DNA of 46,993 bases from contig JBIKWF010000023.1 in NCBI GenBank assembly GCA_044356455.1, forward strand, positions 1 to 46,993, read 5' to 3'. Each line of letters begins with the position of its first letter. Position 1 is the first letter of the stretch. Of the stretch, positions 1-9,242 are shown piece after piece. Origin of the DNA: Bdellovibrionota bacterium (GTDB lineage: Bacteria; Bdellovibrionota_C; UBA2361; JBGSMV01). Under the pieces are notes generated by a model that saw nothing but the letters and a program-made list of their open reading frames with translations, was not told where the DNA came from and made no database searches. The position numbers were made by a program, and so were the translations under genes.

Positions 1-1
1 C

Positions 2-274
2 GTGCTCTATTTTCTGATGACCGAGTATCGTTTTGACAAGCACGGTCAATTCGCTCTGGCCCTGGTGATGGGGGGAGCGGTGGGGAATATTATCGATCGG
101 GTCCGAATTGGCGAAGTCGTAGATTTTCTTGATTTCTATCTCGGGTCTGCCCATTGGCCGGCGTTTAATGTTGCTGACAGTGCCATTTGCGTGGGTGTAA
201 CTATACTCATTTTTAAGAGCCTCTTTTATCCCAGCGCCAACCCTGGGGGCTCTCTAAAAACCCCAAATACTTGA
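2..274 (+). CDS. lspA: Lipoprotein signal peptidase II (3' part, truncated by window edge)
   Basis: Motifs [27 protein letters not shown]. Confidence 0.95.
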   Translation: MLYFLMTEYRFDKHGQFALALVMGGAVGNIIDRVRIGEVVDFLDFYLGSAHWPAFNVADSAICVGVTILIFKSLFYPSANPGGSLKTPNT

Positions 275-448
275 TGTTCTCGCGCCGGAAGCTCCCGAGT
301 TCCTATCCTTCGGAAAAAGAGAAAAGGCAGAGTTTCCAGAGCTGTGAGAGACTCAATGCGAGGGCCAAAAATCCCTGAAAAGCTGTTTTGCGATCTCTGC
401 CGCTATATTATCATTCACCAGCCTACAAAACCTCTTGGGAAGTCTCGA

Positions 449-853
449 ATGAAACGATCATTTCTGTCGTCTATGCATTCCTCTTTTACGACGTGCACTT
501 TTGTTTATGTGACTCTCGCCCTTGTGGTGGCTTCTTGCTCGGGGGCCCCAGCCTCGAATCGTGAAGCTGGCGCAGTCGGTGGCGCAGCGCTAGGCGCTGG
601 AACGGGGGCGATTGTAGGGAGTCAGGTTGGCCACACGGGGGGCGGAGCGGCTATTGGCGCCGCCGCAGGTGCGGTAGCAGGAGCTGTCGTGGGCGATGCG
701 AATGACAATGATCAAGAAGCTTATGTCAAACAGCGCCAAGAGGTTCTGAGATTACAGCAAAAGGATATTGAGAGGCAGCAACGAGAGATTGACGATCTGC
801 GTCGTCAAGAATTGCACGATGCGTCTCTTCGTCGCTATGAGAATGCGCAGTAG
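449..853 (+). CDS. Glycine-zipper lipoprotein with C-terminal coiled coil
   Basis: Lipobox-like VVASC, GAALGAGTGAIVG/GAAAGAVAGAVVG zipper, Q/R/E-rich tail; start codon uncertain. Confidence 0.75.
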   Translation: MKRSFLSSMHSSFTTCTFVYVTLALVVASCSGAPASNREAGAVGGAALGAGTGAIVGSQVGHTGGGAAIGAAAGAVAGAVVGDANDNDQEAYVKQRQEVLRLQQKDIERQQREIDDLRRQELHDASLRRYENAQ

Positions 854-879
854 CGCGGGAGAAACTCCTTACATTTTCC

Positions 880-938
880 CTTCGTGGTCGGCGTGATTAT
901 TAGAAAAAAGAACCACTAAGACCACAGAAACCATGAAG
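880..938. repeat. Degenerate 9-bp-period palindromic core without terminal repeats
   Basis: cttcgtggtcggcgtgatt ... aaccactaagaccacagaaaccatgaag; resembles the core of the copy at 42935-43073. Confidence 0.5.
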
Positions 939-1011
939 AAGGGTGATAAGATTAATTGGATGGTCGATGGCTCAAGGCCAGGGGGCATCGTTGCATAGAG
1001 GTAGGTAGCGT

Positions 1012-2121
1012 ATGAGAAAGTTAGTAGTCGCCAGCATTGGTATTGCCGCACTTCTTTCGGGGTGCACGGAGCCGGGACAAACCACCGCAATTGGAGCAAC
1101 TGCCGGCGGAGTGCTTGGCGCGGGGCTTGGCGCTATTGTGGGTAACCAAACGGGCGACCCAGGTACCGGGCTCGTCATAGGTGGCCTTGCTGGTGCGGGT
1201 GCGGGCGCAGCCGTGGGTAATGCGCTTGAAGGTCAGCAGGTCGCCATTCGGCAGCAGGATGAGGCAATTGAGCGCCAGCAAAAGACCATTCAAGCCCAAA
1301 ATGCTGAGCTCAAGGAACTTCGCCGTAGTGCGGGAGACACGGGGCGGAGTTCTTCTAAAGGCTCACGGTCAACAAGCATGGGAAAGGCGCGCTATTCCTG
1401 GAGTAGCTCACGAGAGGAGGCTCTTGCCCGTTCGCGTAGTGAAGCGCTCGCGAGGTCTTCGCGTGGCGGGAATACTTCTTCAGGCGACTCATTTTCCTTG
1501 TCGAAGTCCAACTCGCGAACCACCCGCGAAATTGCGCCAGCAAAAAGTTTTCGGAGCCCTGTGACCAGTGCTCCTGATCGCGGAAGCCTCCACGTAAAAA
1601 ATGCCGCGGCAGAGCGGGATGCGCTGCTGTTGAAAGAGTCGGATTTGGATTCAGGAGTTGAGCGCAGGCTTTCAAAGGCGGAAGCGGCAATAGATCGTCA
1701 TGAAACTGTGTCAGTAAAGGATAGTGGCTCTTCGCGACTGGGCTCCCTGCAAGAACGAACAATTGGAATTCGAGAGGAAGCAGTAACCGACGATGGTGCA
1801 GCCGAAGCTTCAGGCGTGACCTCCCTCTCGGATAAATCGCCAAGCACGGTTGAGTGCCAACAGGCGGTCGAGGAAGAGGCAAACGCCGATCGTGCAACTG
1901 AGCCCTCACAACAGCTTTTTCACCTACGGCGGGCTCTTCGGCTCTGCCCCGAAGATGCTCGCTTCCATGTGGCGCTCGGCAAGACATATGCGAGTATGAA
2001 GCGAGATGAAGACGCATCCTTCGAGTTCCGCGAAGCTCTCAGGATTGACTCTTCCTATGCTCCGGCTCTTCAGGCGCTCGAGGAACTGAACAAGAAAATG
2101 CAGGACAGTAACCAACACTGA
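1012..2121 (+). CDS. Glycine-zipper lipoprotein with coiled coil, Ser/Arg-rich linker and C-terminal TPR repeats
   Basis: Lipobox LLSGC; GGVLGAGLGAIVG zipper; TPR-like ALRLCPEDARFHVALGKTY...FREALRIDSSY. Confidence 0.8.
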   Translation: MRKLVVASIGIAALLSGCTEPGQTTAIGATAGGVLGAGLGAIVGNQTGDPGTGLVIGGLAGAGAGAAVGNALEGQQVAIRQQDEAIERQQKTIQAQNAELKELRRSAGDTGRSSSKGSRSTSMGKARYSWSSSREEALARSRSEALARSSRGGNTSSGDSFSLSKSNSRTTREIAPAKSFRSPVTSAPDRGSLHVKNAAAERDALLLKESDLDSGVERRLSKAEAAIDRHETVSVKDSGSSRLGSLQERTIGIREEAVTDDGAAEASGVTSLSDKSPSTVECQQAVEEEANADRATEPSQQLFHLRRALRLCPEDARFHVALGKTYASMKRDEDASFEFREALRIDSSYAPALQALEELNKKMQDSNQH

Positions 2122-2128
2122 TATTTTT

Positions 2129-2857
2129 ATGCAGACATCAGCAACTCTCAGGAACCTTTTCTCTTTTGTGCTTAGCTCTAGCCTCTTGTGCGGAGCGGCA
2201 TTGAGCTCGCTTGGATGTGAGGGGCAGAGGTTTGGTGCCCGCGAAGCGGGGGCTCTCACGGGTGCGGCCCTTGGTGCGGGGCTCGGCGCAATTGTGGGTA
2301 ATCAAGCGGGGAACACGGGAGCCGGAATTGCTATCGGGTCAGGCTTTGGAGCTCTGGCTGGCGGACTTGTGGGGAATGAAGTTGATAACCAAAACGCGGC
2401 GCTTGATGACCGTGAGTCGCGGCTCAACGACCAGGAGCGTGAACTCGCAGAGAACAGGCGGCTCATCGATGAGCTGCGTGCGCGCGGCGCTGATGTGCGT
2501 CCTTCCGATAGAGGTGTGGTTGTTAATCTTCCCGATGTGCTTTTTGACTTTAATAGTGCACGCCTAACCCGTGAAGCGGCGCGTACTGCCCGAGATATTG
2601 CTGACGTCGCGAGCACGGCATCTGGAAGAACTATAGCAGTCGAAGGGCACACGGATTCTATTGGGACCATTGAATACAACAAAAGACTGTCTCTTAACCG
2701 AGCTCGTTCCGTCGCAGACGCGCTCTCTCGTGAAGGAGTTTCGCGGGGACGTATGGTCGTGCGCGGTCTCGGCGAATCAGAACCAATTACTACGAACGCG
2801 ACTGATTCGGGCCGAGCTCGCAACCGTCGCGTGGAAGTGATCATTGAAAATAGATAA
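2129..2857 (+). CDS. Glycine-zipper OmpA-family (peptidoglycan-binding) lipoprotein
   Basis: Zipper plus OmpA_C motifs VLFDFNSARL, VEGHTDSIG, NKRLSLNRA, GRARNRRVE. Confidence 0.92.
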   Translation: MQTSATLRNLFSFVLSSSLLCGAALSSLGCEGQRFGAREAGALTGAALGAGLGAIVGNQAGNTGAGIAIGSGFGALAGGLVGNEVDNQNAALDDRESRLNDQERELAENRRLIDELRARGADVRPSDRGVVVNLPDVLFDFNSARLTREAARTARDIADVASTASGRTIAVEGHTDSIGTIEYNKRLSLNRARSVADALSREGVSRGRMVVRGLGESEPITTNATDSGRARNRRVEVIIENR

Positions 2858-2900
2858 TAGTGGTGTGGCGAATAGAGGTGCCGAAGGAAGACCAGGCTAG

Positions 2901-3009
2901 GAGTGTGTCCCGTAGAAACATAAATCTTCATTCTGGACACAATCCGTAGGTAGGCTGTCCCGATGCCACCACAACATGTAGTGGCAGGAACTTTCTACGG
3001 GACAGACTC
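2901..3009. mobile_element. 109-bp MITE, type 2
   Basis: 18-bp terminal inverted repeats GAGTGTGTCCCGTAGAAA / TTTCTACGGGACAGACTC (17/18 match), CTAG on both sides (2897-2900, 3010-3013). Confidence 0.75.
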
Positions 3010-3013
3010 CTAG

Positions 3014-3142
3014 GGAACCTCTGCCCCCCCCCACTCTTAGTACACCTCTTTGTACCTTCGTGTCCTTTGTGGTGAATTTCTTGATGAAAATTTCATCACA
3101 GAGAGCCCAGAGGTACATAGAGGTGAGTTTTTCAGGGGCTCC
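3014..3142. mobile_element. MITE type 1, beta core
   Basis: ggaacctctg...tttttcaggggctcc, CTAG/CTAG flanks, internal palindrome ...ctttgtggtgaa / ttcatcacagag... Confidence 0.8.
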
Positions 3143-4285
3143 CTAGTACTGGGGAGCCTCATACGCCGGAACTCCAACCCCATTTTTAATGACCTTTACT
3201 ATGATAGGGAACTCAAAGAATCTTCCCGTAGCAGAGGAGTTTGAGAAGTTGAAATTCCCGAGGACTCCAGGGCGATTCTGAACGAGTGCAAGCCGCTGGA
3301 TGAGATGCGGAACGGACTTGTACGATGCGTACTCTTGACGAGCGGAGAACTGCTCTGCCATAAGCAGCGCCATCTCATACGCAACGCCGCTAAAGGTAAG
3401 TTGTGCCTCGCTTCCAAAGTGGCTCCGGTATTGTTCACGAAACTGTTCGTTCACCTTGTTGTCTGGGTATGCGCAACCCTCAAGAATAGCGGGGTCCGAG
3501 GCAGTTGTAGCCGCAGTTTCGAAGAGGTCAGTTCCAAAGTAGTCAGCTTCAAAGTGCAGCTCCCGCGCTTGTTTGAGGAATGCCAAAATCTGTTGGGGGG
3601 TCAGGAATAGACCAATGGTGCGAGGACCATTGGCACGTGCCTTTGCTTTCAGAGTGAGAATGCTGGCCCGAAAATCCATCTCGATTGGATTCAGCGGCGC
3701 AAGAATCTGTACCTGATCAGGGTTCCGAGCCGCGCTCACAAAACTTCCAACCATCGCTTCAAAAAACTGCCCCTCGGCCTGGAATAGAGTGAAATGCTCC
3801 TTTTTAAGGGCAGCGAAGTGCTCGGCCATCGCTTTCATGTATTGCCCGGTATGGTTCATCGCACGCACCACGAATCTTCGGCCAACCGCGGGCGAGGTCT
3901 CAAAATTAAGGTTGATAAGCGCAACGCCATCTTGATCAGCGAGGGGCCCTAGAATGGTGCCAAGAACAGCCCCGAAGCCAAATACGACTGAAACGTGATC
4001 TAAATCGCGAAGCTTTCTATAGGCGGCAAGAGACTGTTTCGGATCATACTGGTCATCTTCGAACGCAAAGCGCACTTTTTCAAACAGGTCCGGACGATCC
4101 GACTGTGCGAGCTCAATTCCATTTTTGATGGCCACGCCGATTGTGGCCATTGCCCCTGTGAGGGGCGCAATCACCCCTATGGTTACCTTCTCATCGTTTG
4201 CCCATCCTGGGAGCGGCTGAAGAAATGCCAGAAAAGAGGCGTAAATAAGAGTCAGTAAATAGAGGCGAGAAAGGGCAGATTTCAT
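3143..4285 (-). CDS. LivJ/LivK-like (type I periplasmic binding fold) substrate-binding protein
   Basis: Signal peptide, TIGVIAPLTG, FEDDQYDPKQSL; stop codon lies in the MITE flank. Confidence 0.85.
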   Translation of the reverse strand: MKSALSRLYLLTLIYASFLAFLQPLPGWANDEKVTIGVIAPLTGAMATIGVAIKNGIELAQSDRPDLFEKVRFAFEDDQYDPKQSLAAYRKLRDLDHVSVVFGFGAVLGTILGPLADQDGVALINLNFETSPAVGRRFVVRAMNHTGQYMKAMAEHFAALKKEHFTLFQAEGQFFEAMVGSFVSAARNPDQVQILAPLNPIEMDFRASILTLKAKARANGPRTIGLFLTPQQILAFLKQARELHFEADYFGTDLFETAATTASDPAILEGCAYPDNKVNEQFREQYRSHFGSEAQLTFSGVAYEMALLMAEQFSARQEYASYKSVPHLIQRLALVQNRPGVLGNFNFSNSSATGRFFEFPIIVKVIKNGVGVPAYEAPQY

Positions 4286-4451
4286 GGGGGCTCCGTTCAA
4301 AAGATGCCTGCACATCTTGCAAGGCTCTCGGTAAGCCTGAGAGTGTGGCTTCGGGCCTTCTCAAACAACGAAAGGGCTCCTCTCGAACACGATTAAAAGG
4401 TCTTTTTAATTTTGATATTTTAACCGATAGAAGGGGTGGAGGAGAGTTCCC

Positions 4452-5285
4452 ATGCTTGCAAGCATCGACCCGAGTTTAGGGGATATCATAGTGACCTTGC
4501 TCGCCGCTGCAGGTCCGCAGGACGCGGCGCAATTACAGCGCGCGCTTTTGAAAGTGGGCAAGCCGTATACGATTCAAGCGATTTACTACGAACTTCGCAA
4601 ACTGCTTCGGCAGGGAGTCGTGGTGAAGGAGCGGATGCGCTTTAGTATTCGCATTGCCTGGGCGCTCGAACTAGCGACGCTCAGTGAGCGCATCCATGCG
4701 ACGGGAGTCGCTGGCGCCGCGGGAGCACAGATAGTTCCGGAGCGTGGCGAAACTCGTTCTTGGCGCTTTTCGAACCTTCTGCGCTTAGATGATTTCTGGG
4801 TCGAGTCAATGCAACTAGTCTTTGATCAGTCTGGGGCTGAGGTGTTGCACAATTGGGCGCCGCGTCCTTGGTTCTATTTTGCGCAGGCAAAAAAACTCGA
4901 GCAATTCTATCGCAGCCTTGTTCGCCGCGGGCGTCGTATTACACTTGTGCTTGGCGGCTCTGACCCCTTAGACCGGCTCTTCTCTTCACGAATGTCACCG
5001 AACCTCTTTACGATTCGCCATGACCCAAGTTTCTTTCCCTCCTACTCCCGGCAGCATCTTCAGGTAGTGGGAGATTTTATTCTTAAGGTTTCTATATCTC
5101 AGGTTACGATGCGAGAAATTCATGCGCTCTTTTCAACGACCAGAAATCTCGACACACTTGATTGGGGGCGAATGCAAAGAGTACTGAACGCATCAACGAA
5201 GGCGCGGCTTGAGATTTCGAACTCACCGGTTAAGGCCGAGAAGCTAAGAAGAAAATTTCAACGCTATTTTGGCCCACTCAGATAG
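4452..5285 (+). CDS. Hypothetical protein, probable N-terminal winged-helix DNA-binding domain
   Basis: YTIQAIYYELRKLLRQGVVVK resembles a wHTH recognition helix and wing; divergent from the binding-protein gene. Confidence 0.55.
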   Translation: MLASIDPSLGDIIVTLLAAAGPQDAAQLQRALLKVGKPYTIQAIYYELRKLLRQGVVVKERMRFSIRIAWALELATLSERIHATGVAGAAGAQIVPERGETRSWRFSNLLRLDDFWVESMQLVFDQSGAEVLHNWAPRPWFYFAQAKKLEQFYRSLVRRGRRITLVLGGSDPLDRLFSSRMSPNLFTIRHDPSFFPSYSRQHLQVVGDFILKVSISQVTMREIHALFSTTRNLDTLDWGRMQRVLNASTKARLEISNSPVKAEKLRRKFQRYFGPLR

Positions 5286-5308
5286 CAGCAACTCAGATAG
5301 CAGTCGCC

Positions 5309-6346
5309 CTACAAGAGCCCCTTCGCGCGCAGAAAAAATGAAATCGCAAGTATCATGATGGTGATGCACACGAGGGCAACACCAAGGAAAATGTTTGTTT
5401 TTGTCTTCTTCTTGCGGACCTGCGTCATTTCAGTGTGATAACGCCCGAGCTCTATATTTGGGCCCACATGCTGAATCTGCTCGACCACGCCTTCGTGATG
5501 ATAACAAGAGAATGCCGATCGCATGGCCGCCGCTGTTTGGTAGCGTCGGTTCGGATCTACTGCCAAAGCTTTTTTAATGATCTCGGCGTATTTTTTGGGG
5601 ACTCCCTGGAGCGCAGCAGCGGGAATCGTAAAGTCGGCGCGGTCGAGGATTTCTAAAACTTCAGTGCCGCGGTAGTTCTTCAGGCGCCTTTTCCCTGTGA
5701 CGAGTTCAAAAAGCACCATTCCGCAGGCGTAGATATCCCCACGTGCGTCGTGTTCGCCAAGCCGCACATACTCTGGGGGCATATATTGGGCAGTCCCGAG
5801 GATAACGCCTGTTTTGGTGAGCCCTGGCTCGTCGATGTGCTTAATGAGACCAAGGTCGACGACCTTCAGTACTAAGTCACGGCTTAAGATAAGGTTTTCC
5901 GGCTTAATGTCTCGGTGAATAAGATTTCTGCCGTGCAATTCTTCCAGCGCACTGAGCAGCTGGTCAAATATCAAATCAATTTCAGGAGCGGAGAGCTGCC
6001 TCGTATCGATTACTTTTGAAAGGTCAGAGCCGTCAATGTAGTCGACGGTAAATGCGATGACATTTTTGGTTTGAAACAGGTCGTAGGTTTGAACCAAGTT
6101 GGGATGCTCGATTCCTCGGCAAATGTTGAATTCTTCGATAAACCTCGAAATGGTCGAATCAAGGAATGCTTTTTTATTCGTGAGTACTTTAAGTGCAAGG
6201 AGCTTTTGTCTATCGCGATCGAGGACCTGGAAGACACTTGCCGAGGAACCTTTGCCGAGCGCGCGCAGGAAATCGAATCTCTGCGCGAGGGCAGGTTCGT
6301 TCGCAAAAAGAGTTTTTGCTTCTGAAAGTCCTGCGTCCACGAACAA
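5309..6346 (-). CDS. Hanks-type Ser/Thr protein kinase with C-terminal membrane anchor
   Basis: LGKGSSASV, ALKVL, HRDIKPEN, DLG, GTAQYMPPE; terminal hydrophobic helix. Confidence 0.93.
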   Translation of the reverse strand: MFVDAGLSEAKTLFANEPALAQRFDFLRALGKGSSASVFQVLDRDRQKLLALKVLTNKKAFLDSTISRFIEEFNICRGIEHPNLVQTYDLFQTKNVIAFTVDYIDGSDLSKVIDTRQLSAPEIDLIFDQLLSALEELHGRNLIHRDIKPENLILSRDLVLKVVDLGLIKHIDEPGLTKTGVILGTAQYMPPEYVRLGEHDARGDIYACGMVLFELVTGKRRLKNYRGTEVLEILDRADFTIPAAALQGVPKKYAEIIKKALAVDPNRRYQTAAAMRSAFSCYHHEGVVEQIQHVGPNIELGRYHTEMTQVRKKKTKTNIFLGVALVCITIMILAISFFLRAKGLL

Positions 6347-6388
6347 TGAGCTCCTCGAGGGCTTCTCCGCTTATCGTTGATGCGCTCG

Positions 6389-7645
6389 CTAGCTCGCGAG
6401 TGCCTGTTTATGCAGCACAATGACTGCTTCTTTGCCCTCGTTTACCACTTCGGGGGTGATGACAATCTCTTTGACTGCCGGATTACTTGGGACGTCGTAC
6501 ATGACCTCAAGCATGGCGGTCTCCATGATAGATCGAAGTCCGCGAGCTCCCGTTTTCTTTTCCATGGCCTGTTTGGCGATGGCAACGAGGGCCTCCTCGG
6601 TGAACGTAATTTCCACGCCGTCTATTCTCATCAGGCGTTGATATTGCTTCACGAGTGCATTCTTGGGCTTGGTAAGAACAGCCATGAGCGCTGCTTCATC
6701 AAGCTGATTGAGGGCCGCGACCACGGGAACGCGTCCGATGAACTCAGGAATCATCCCAAAGGAGAGCAAGTCCTCAGTTTCTAGGTGCGTAAGGATATTA
6801 CGATCCGTGACTGCTTCAGAATCTCCCAGTGAGGCGCCAAATCCAAGGCTCTTCTTACCCGTGCGGCGCTTAATTATCTTTTCGATGCCATCGAACGCAC
6901 CGCCAATAATGAAGAGTATATTCGACGTATCGATTTGGATGAAGTCTTGCTGCGGGTGCTTGCGGCCGCCCTTCGGAGGAACGTTCGCCCGGGTTCCCTC
7001 GATGATCTTAAGAAGCGCCTGTTGTACGCCTTCTCCCGAGACATCTCGAGTTACCGAGGGCCCATCGCTTTTACGAGCAATCTTGTCGATTTCGTCTATG
7101 TAGACGATGCCGCGCTGGGCCTTTTCTACATCGTAGTCCGCAGCTTGCAGGAGATTCGTAATGATGTTCTCGACATCTTCGCCCACGTAACCTGCCTCAG
7201 TGAGGGTGGTCGCGTCAGCAATAGTAAACGGCACGTCGAGGATCTTCGCGAGAGTCTGTGCGAGCAGCGTCTTGCCTGAACCAGTAGGACCGATCAGCAT
7301 GATGTTGGATTTTTGAATCTCAACGTCACTGCGCGGACTAAAGTTGCTTTGAATTCTCTTGAAGTGAGAGTGTACTGCAACGGAGAGCACTTTCTTGGCA
7401 TGATCTTGTCCAATCACAAAATCATCGAGGATCCCGCGGATTTCTTTGGGGGTGGGGACATGAAGCTTGGGAGATTTTCCAGAAGCCTGGTCGAGTTCCT
7501 CGGTGAGGATGTCGTTGCACAGGTCAACGCACTCATCGCAGATATACACTCCAGGTCCTGCGACAAGCTTTCGGACTTCGTCTTGGCCCTTTGCACAGAA
7601 GGAACAAACTAAATGTGAAGCGCCTTTTCCAAGATCTCGTGGCAT
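6389..7645 (-). CDS. clpX: ATP-dependent Clp protease ATP-binding subunit ClpX
   Basis: C4 zinc finger CSFC...ICDEC, Walker [31 protein letters not shown]. Confidence 0.98.
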   Translation of the reverse strand: MPRDLGKGASHLVCSFCAKGQDEVRKLVAGPGVYICDECVDLCNDILTEELDQASGKSPKLHVPTPKEIRGILDDFVIGQDHAKKVLSVAVHSHFKRIQSNFSPRSDVEIQKSNIMLIGPTGSGKTLLAQTLAKILDVPFTIADATTLTEAGYVGEDVENIITNLLQAADYDVEKAQRGIVYIDEIDKIARKSDGPSVTRDVSGEGVQQALLKIIEGTRANVPPKGGRKHPQQDFIQIDTSNILFIIGGAFDGIEKIIKRRTGKKSLGFGASLGDSEAVTDRNILTHLETEDLLSFGMIPEFIGRVPVVAALNQLDEAALMAVLTKPKNALVKQYQRLMRIDGVEITFTEEALVAIAKQAMEKKTGARGLRSIMETAMLEVMYDVPSNPAVKEIVITPEVVNEGKEAVIVLHKQALAS

Positions 7646-7665
7646 GTGAACCCTCTTCTAAAACA

Positions 7666-7687
7666 CTCGTTACGAGCACGTAACGAG
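7666..7687. promoter_or_regulatory. Perfect 9-bp inverted repeat 20 nt upstream of the clpX start
   Basis: CTCGTTACG-AGCA-CGTAACGAG; function (operator or 5' UTR hairpin) unknown. Confidence 0.4.
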
Positions 7688-8192
7688 GAGTTCAAACCTT
7701 TAAAAACAGAGGTGATTTTTCAACCGCCTCCCAGCATCCCTTCCGTCGTGTTCTATTCTTTGAGATGCAGCCCCAAGCCAAGCCGTAGCGGGTTAGGATT
7801 GTAACAAATTAGCCCACCCGCCTCAGATATGTCCCTAGAGAGCAGCTCTTCTATGGGTATAGGTCGACCTTCGGCGGTAAGGTCTTGAGCGAGAATAGGG
7901 GAATCGCTGAGAAAGTGTGCTCAGAGCGCCCAGACGTCTTTCCCGAGACTTCCCTCACGAGCCCTATACCGGGGCTGATGGGATCAGGCGGCGAGTCGGT
8001 AAATTACTGTTTTTACAAAGACTCTTAATGAAAAATGGCATCTTGGGCGTTGTCCACGGCATCTTCAGCTGTGTAGACTCCTAAATAAATCAACTTTCTG
8101 GAGTAACCGTTTTGGGCCTCGTGGTTAGTGGGGCTTTTAGGTGTGGTTACTGAGAGAGTGAAACAGAACGAAAGATTAGAGGAACTAGGCGT

Positions 8193-8399
8193 ATGGCATC
8201 TCGAGTCATCAAGGTTAACGATAGAGTAAAGCGGATTACTGGGCTTGGGTGTTCGGGACTAGTGAAGGAGATTCGCACTGAAGCGACGGTCGCGCGCGTC
8301 GAACCGAGCGAGAAGGCGAATATGGTTAATGTTCTATGGGACAATGGAACTCTTTCGTATTTGAGTCCTGAAGCGCTTGAGATTGATGAGAGCAAGTAG
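8193..8399 (+). CDS. Small hypothetical protein, SH3-like beta-barrel
   Basis: Purine-rich RBS region (agagga); IKVNDRVK...GLVKEI...VNVLWDNGT pattern. Confidence 0.65.
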   Translation: MASRVIKVNDRVKRITGLGCSGLVKEIRTEATVARVEPSEKANMVNVLWDNGTLSYLSPEALEIDESK

Positions 8400-8407
8400 C
8401 CTTGCCC

Positions 8408-9055
8408 ATGTCCGATTCTCCGGGTCCTAAAGAAAACGCTTCCTTAAGCGGGGCTTTAGGACTCGTGCTGATTCCTGATCCGCACACAATTGAAAAGTCA
8501 TATGCGCTCGCCTCTCAGGTTCTTCCTGAGGGAAGCGAGTACGTTCTTGGGCAGCATTCGCTGCCCCATATTACTCTCTACCACGGAGTTTTAAGGGAAG
8601 TTCCGCTTCGTATGGTGCGAGAACTCCGGCAGCGTATCCATGTATTGCTTGAGGGAGAGGAGCTGTGTCTAAGGGATATTTCTCTCTTCGGCGGGAATTT
8701 TGTCTTTTGGAACGTTGAGAATCCCTCACGTGGATTACTGAGCGCTCATGTTGAGGCGCTCTCCCTGGCGCAATATTTGGATCCCAAGGGTATTTCAAAA
8801 GCTACTTCAGAGGAGCAGCTCGCCTTAACCGAGGCACAGCTCGCGAATGTAAAACAATATGGGCATCCGCTCGTAAAGGAATTCTTTCAGCCTCATATCA
8901 CACTCGGCTTTCAAAAAGGGCTTGAAGCAAGCTTTAAGTCAGAATGGAACGCTTGGACTGCTCGCATCCACACGGTTGAGTTTGTAAGAGTTGGCTTTCC
9001 TGGAAGAGTTGAGGAAGTAATAGACGCGGGTGATTTCCAAAAGCCTAATGTGTAG
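8408..9055 (+). CDS. 2H phosphoesterase (2'-5' RNA ligase superfamily)
   Basis: Two HxT motifs: LPHITL and QPHITL. Confidence 0.8.
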   Translation: MSDSPGPKENASLSGALGLVLIPDPHTIEKSYALASQVLPEGSEYVLGQHSLPHITLYHGVLREVPLRMVRELRQRIHVLLEGEELCLRDISLFGGNFVFWNVENPSRGLLSAHVEALSLAQYLDPKGISKATSEEQLALTEAQLANVKQYGHPLVKEFFQPHITLGFQKGLEASFKSEWNAWTARIHTVEFVRVGFPGRVEEVIDAGDFQKPNV

Positions 9056-9063
9056 AAATCCCG

Positions 9064-9191
9064 GGAGTGCCCGAAAACCTCGATATTTTATTTTTTCTCT
9101 CTGTGATCTCTGTGTCCTCTGTGGTTTTTCAACAATTTAAATCAACCACAGAGGGCACAGAGTTCACAGAGGGGAGTTTTTCAGGGCTTCC
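9064..9191. mobile_element. MITE type 1, alpha core
   Basis: ggagtgcccgaaaacc...ctctgtgatctctgtgtcctctgtggtt / aaccacagagggcacagagttcacagag...tttttcagggcttcc-CTAG. Confidence 0.85.
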
Positions 9192-9242
9192 CTAGGATTT
9201 AGCCTCCCTTTGTTAGCGCAGCGCTCTTGCTATAGTACCCCC

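Noticed and set aside
2897..3244. Short ORFs across MITEs (2897-3118, 3050-3244; likewise 32569-32826, 42966-43202 and the 16870-16962 extension of hsp20)
   Set aside because: They are translations of the 9-bp-period repeat (T-E-x-T-E / L-C-x-L-C / Q-R-x-Q-R), lack an RBS and are not frame-conserved among copies.
7690..8190. c-di-AMP (ydaO) or other riboswitch in the clpX divergent spacer
   Set aside because: Only a short aatcgctga resemblance; the remaining conserved segments are not present.
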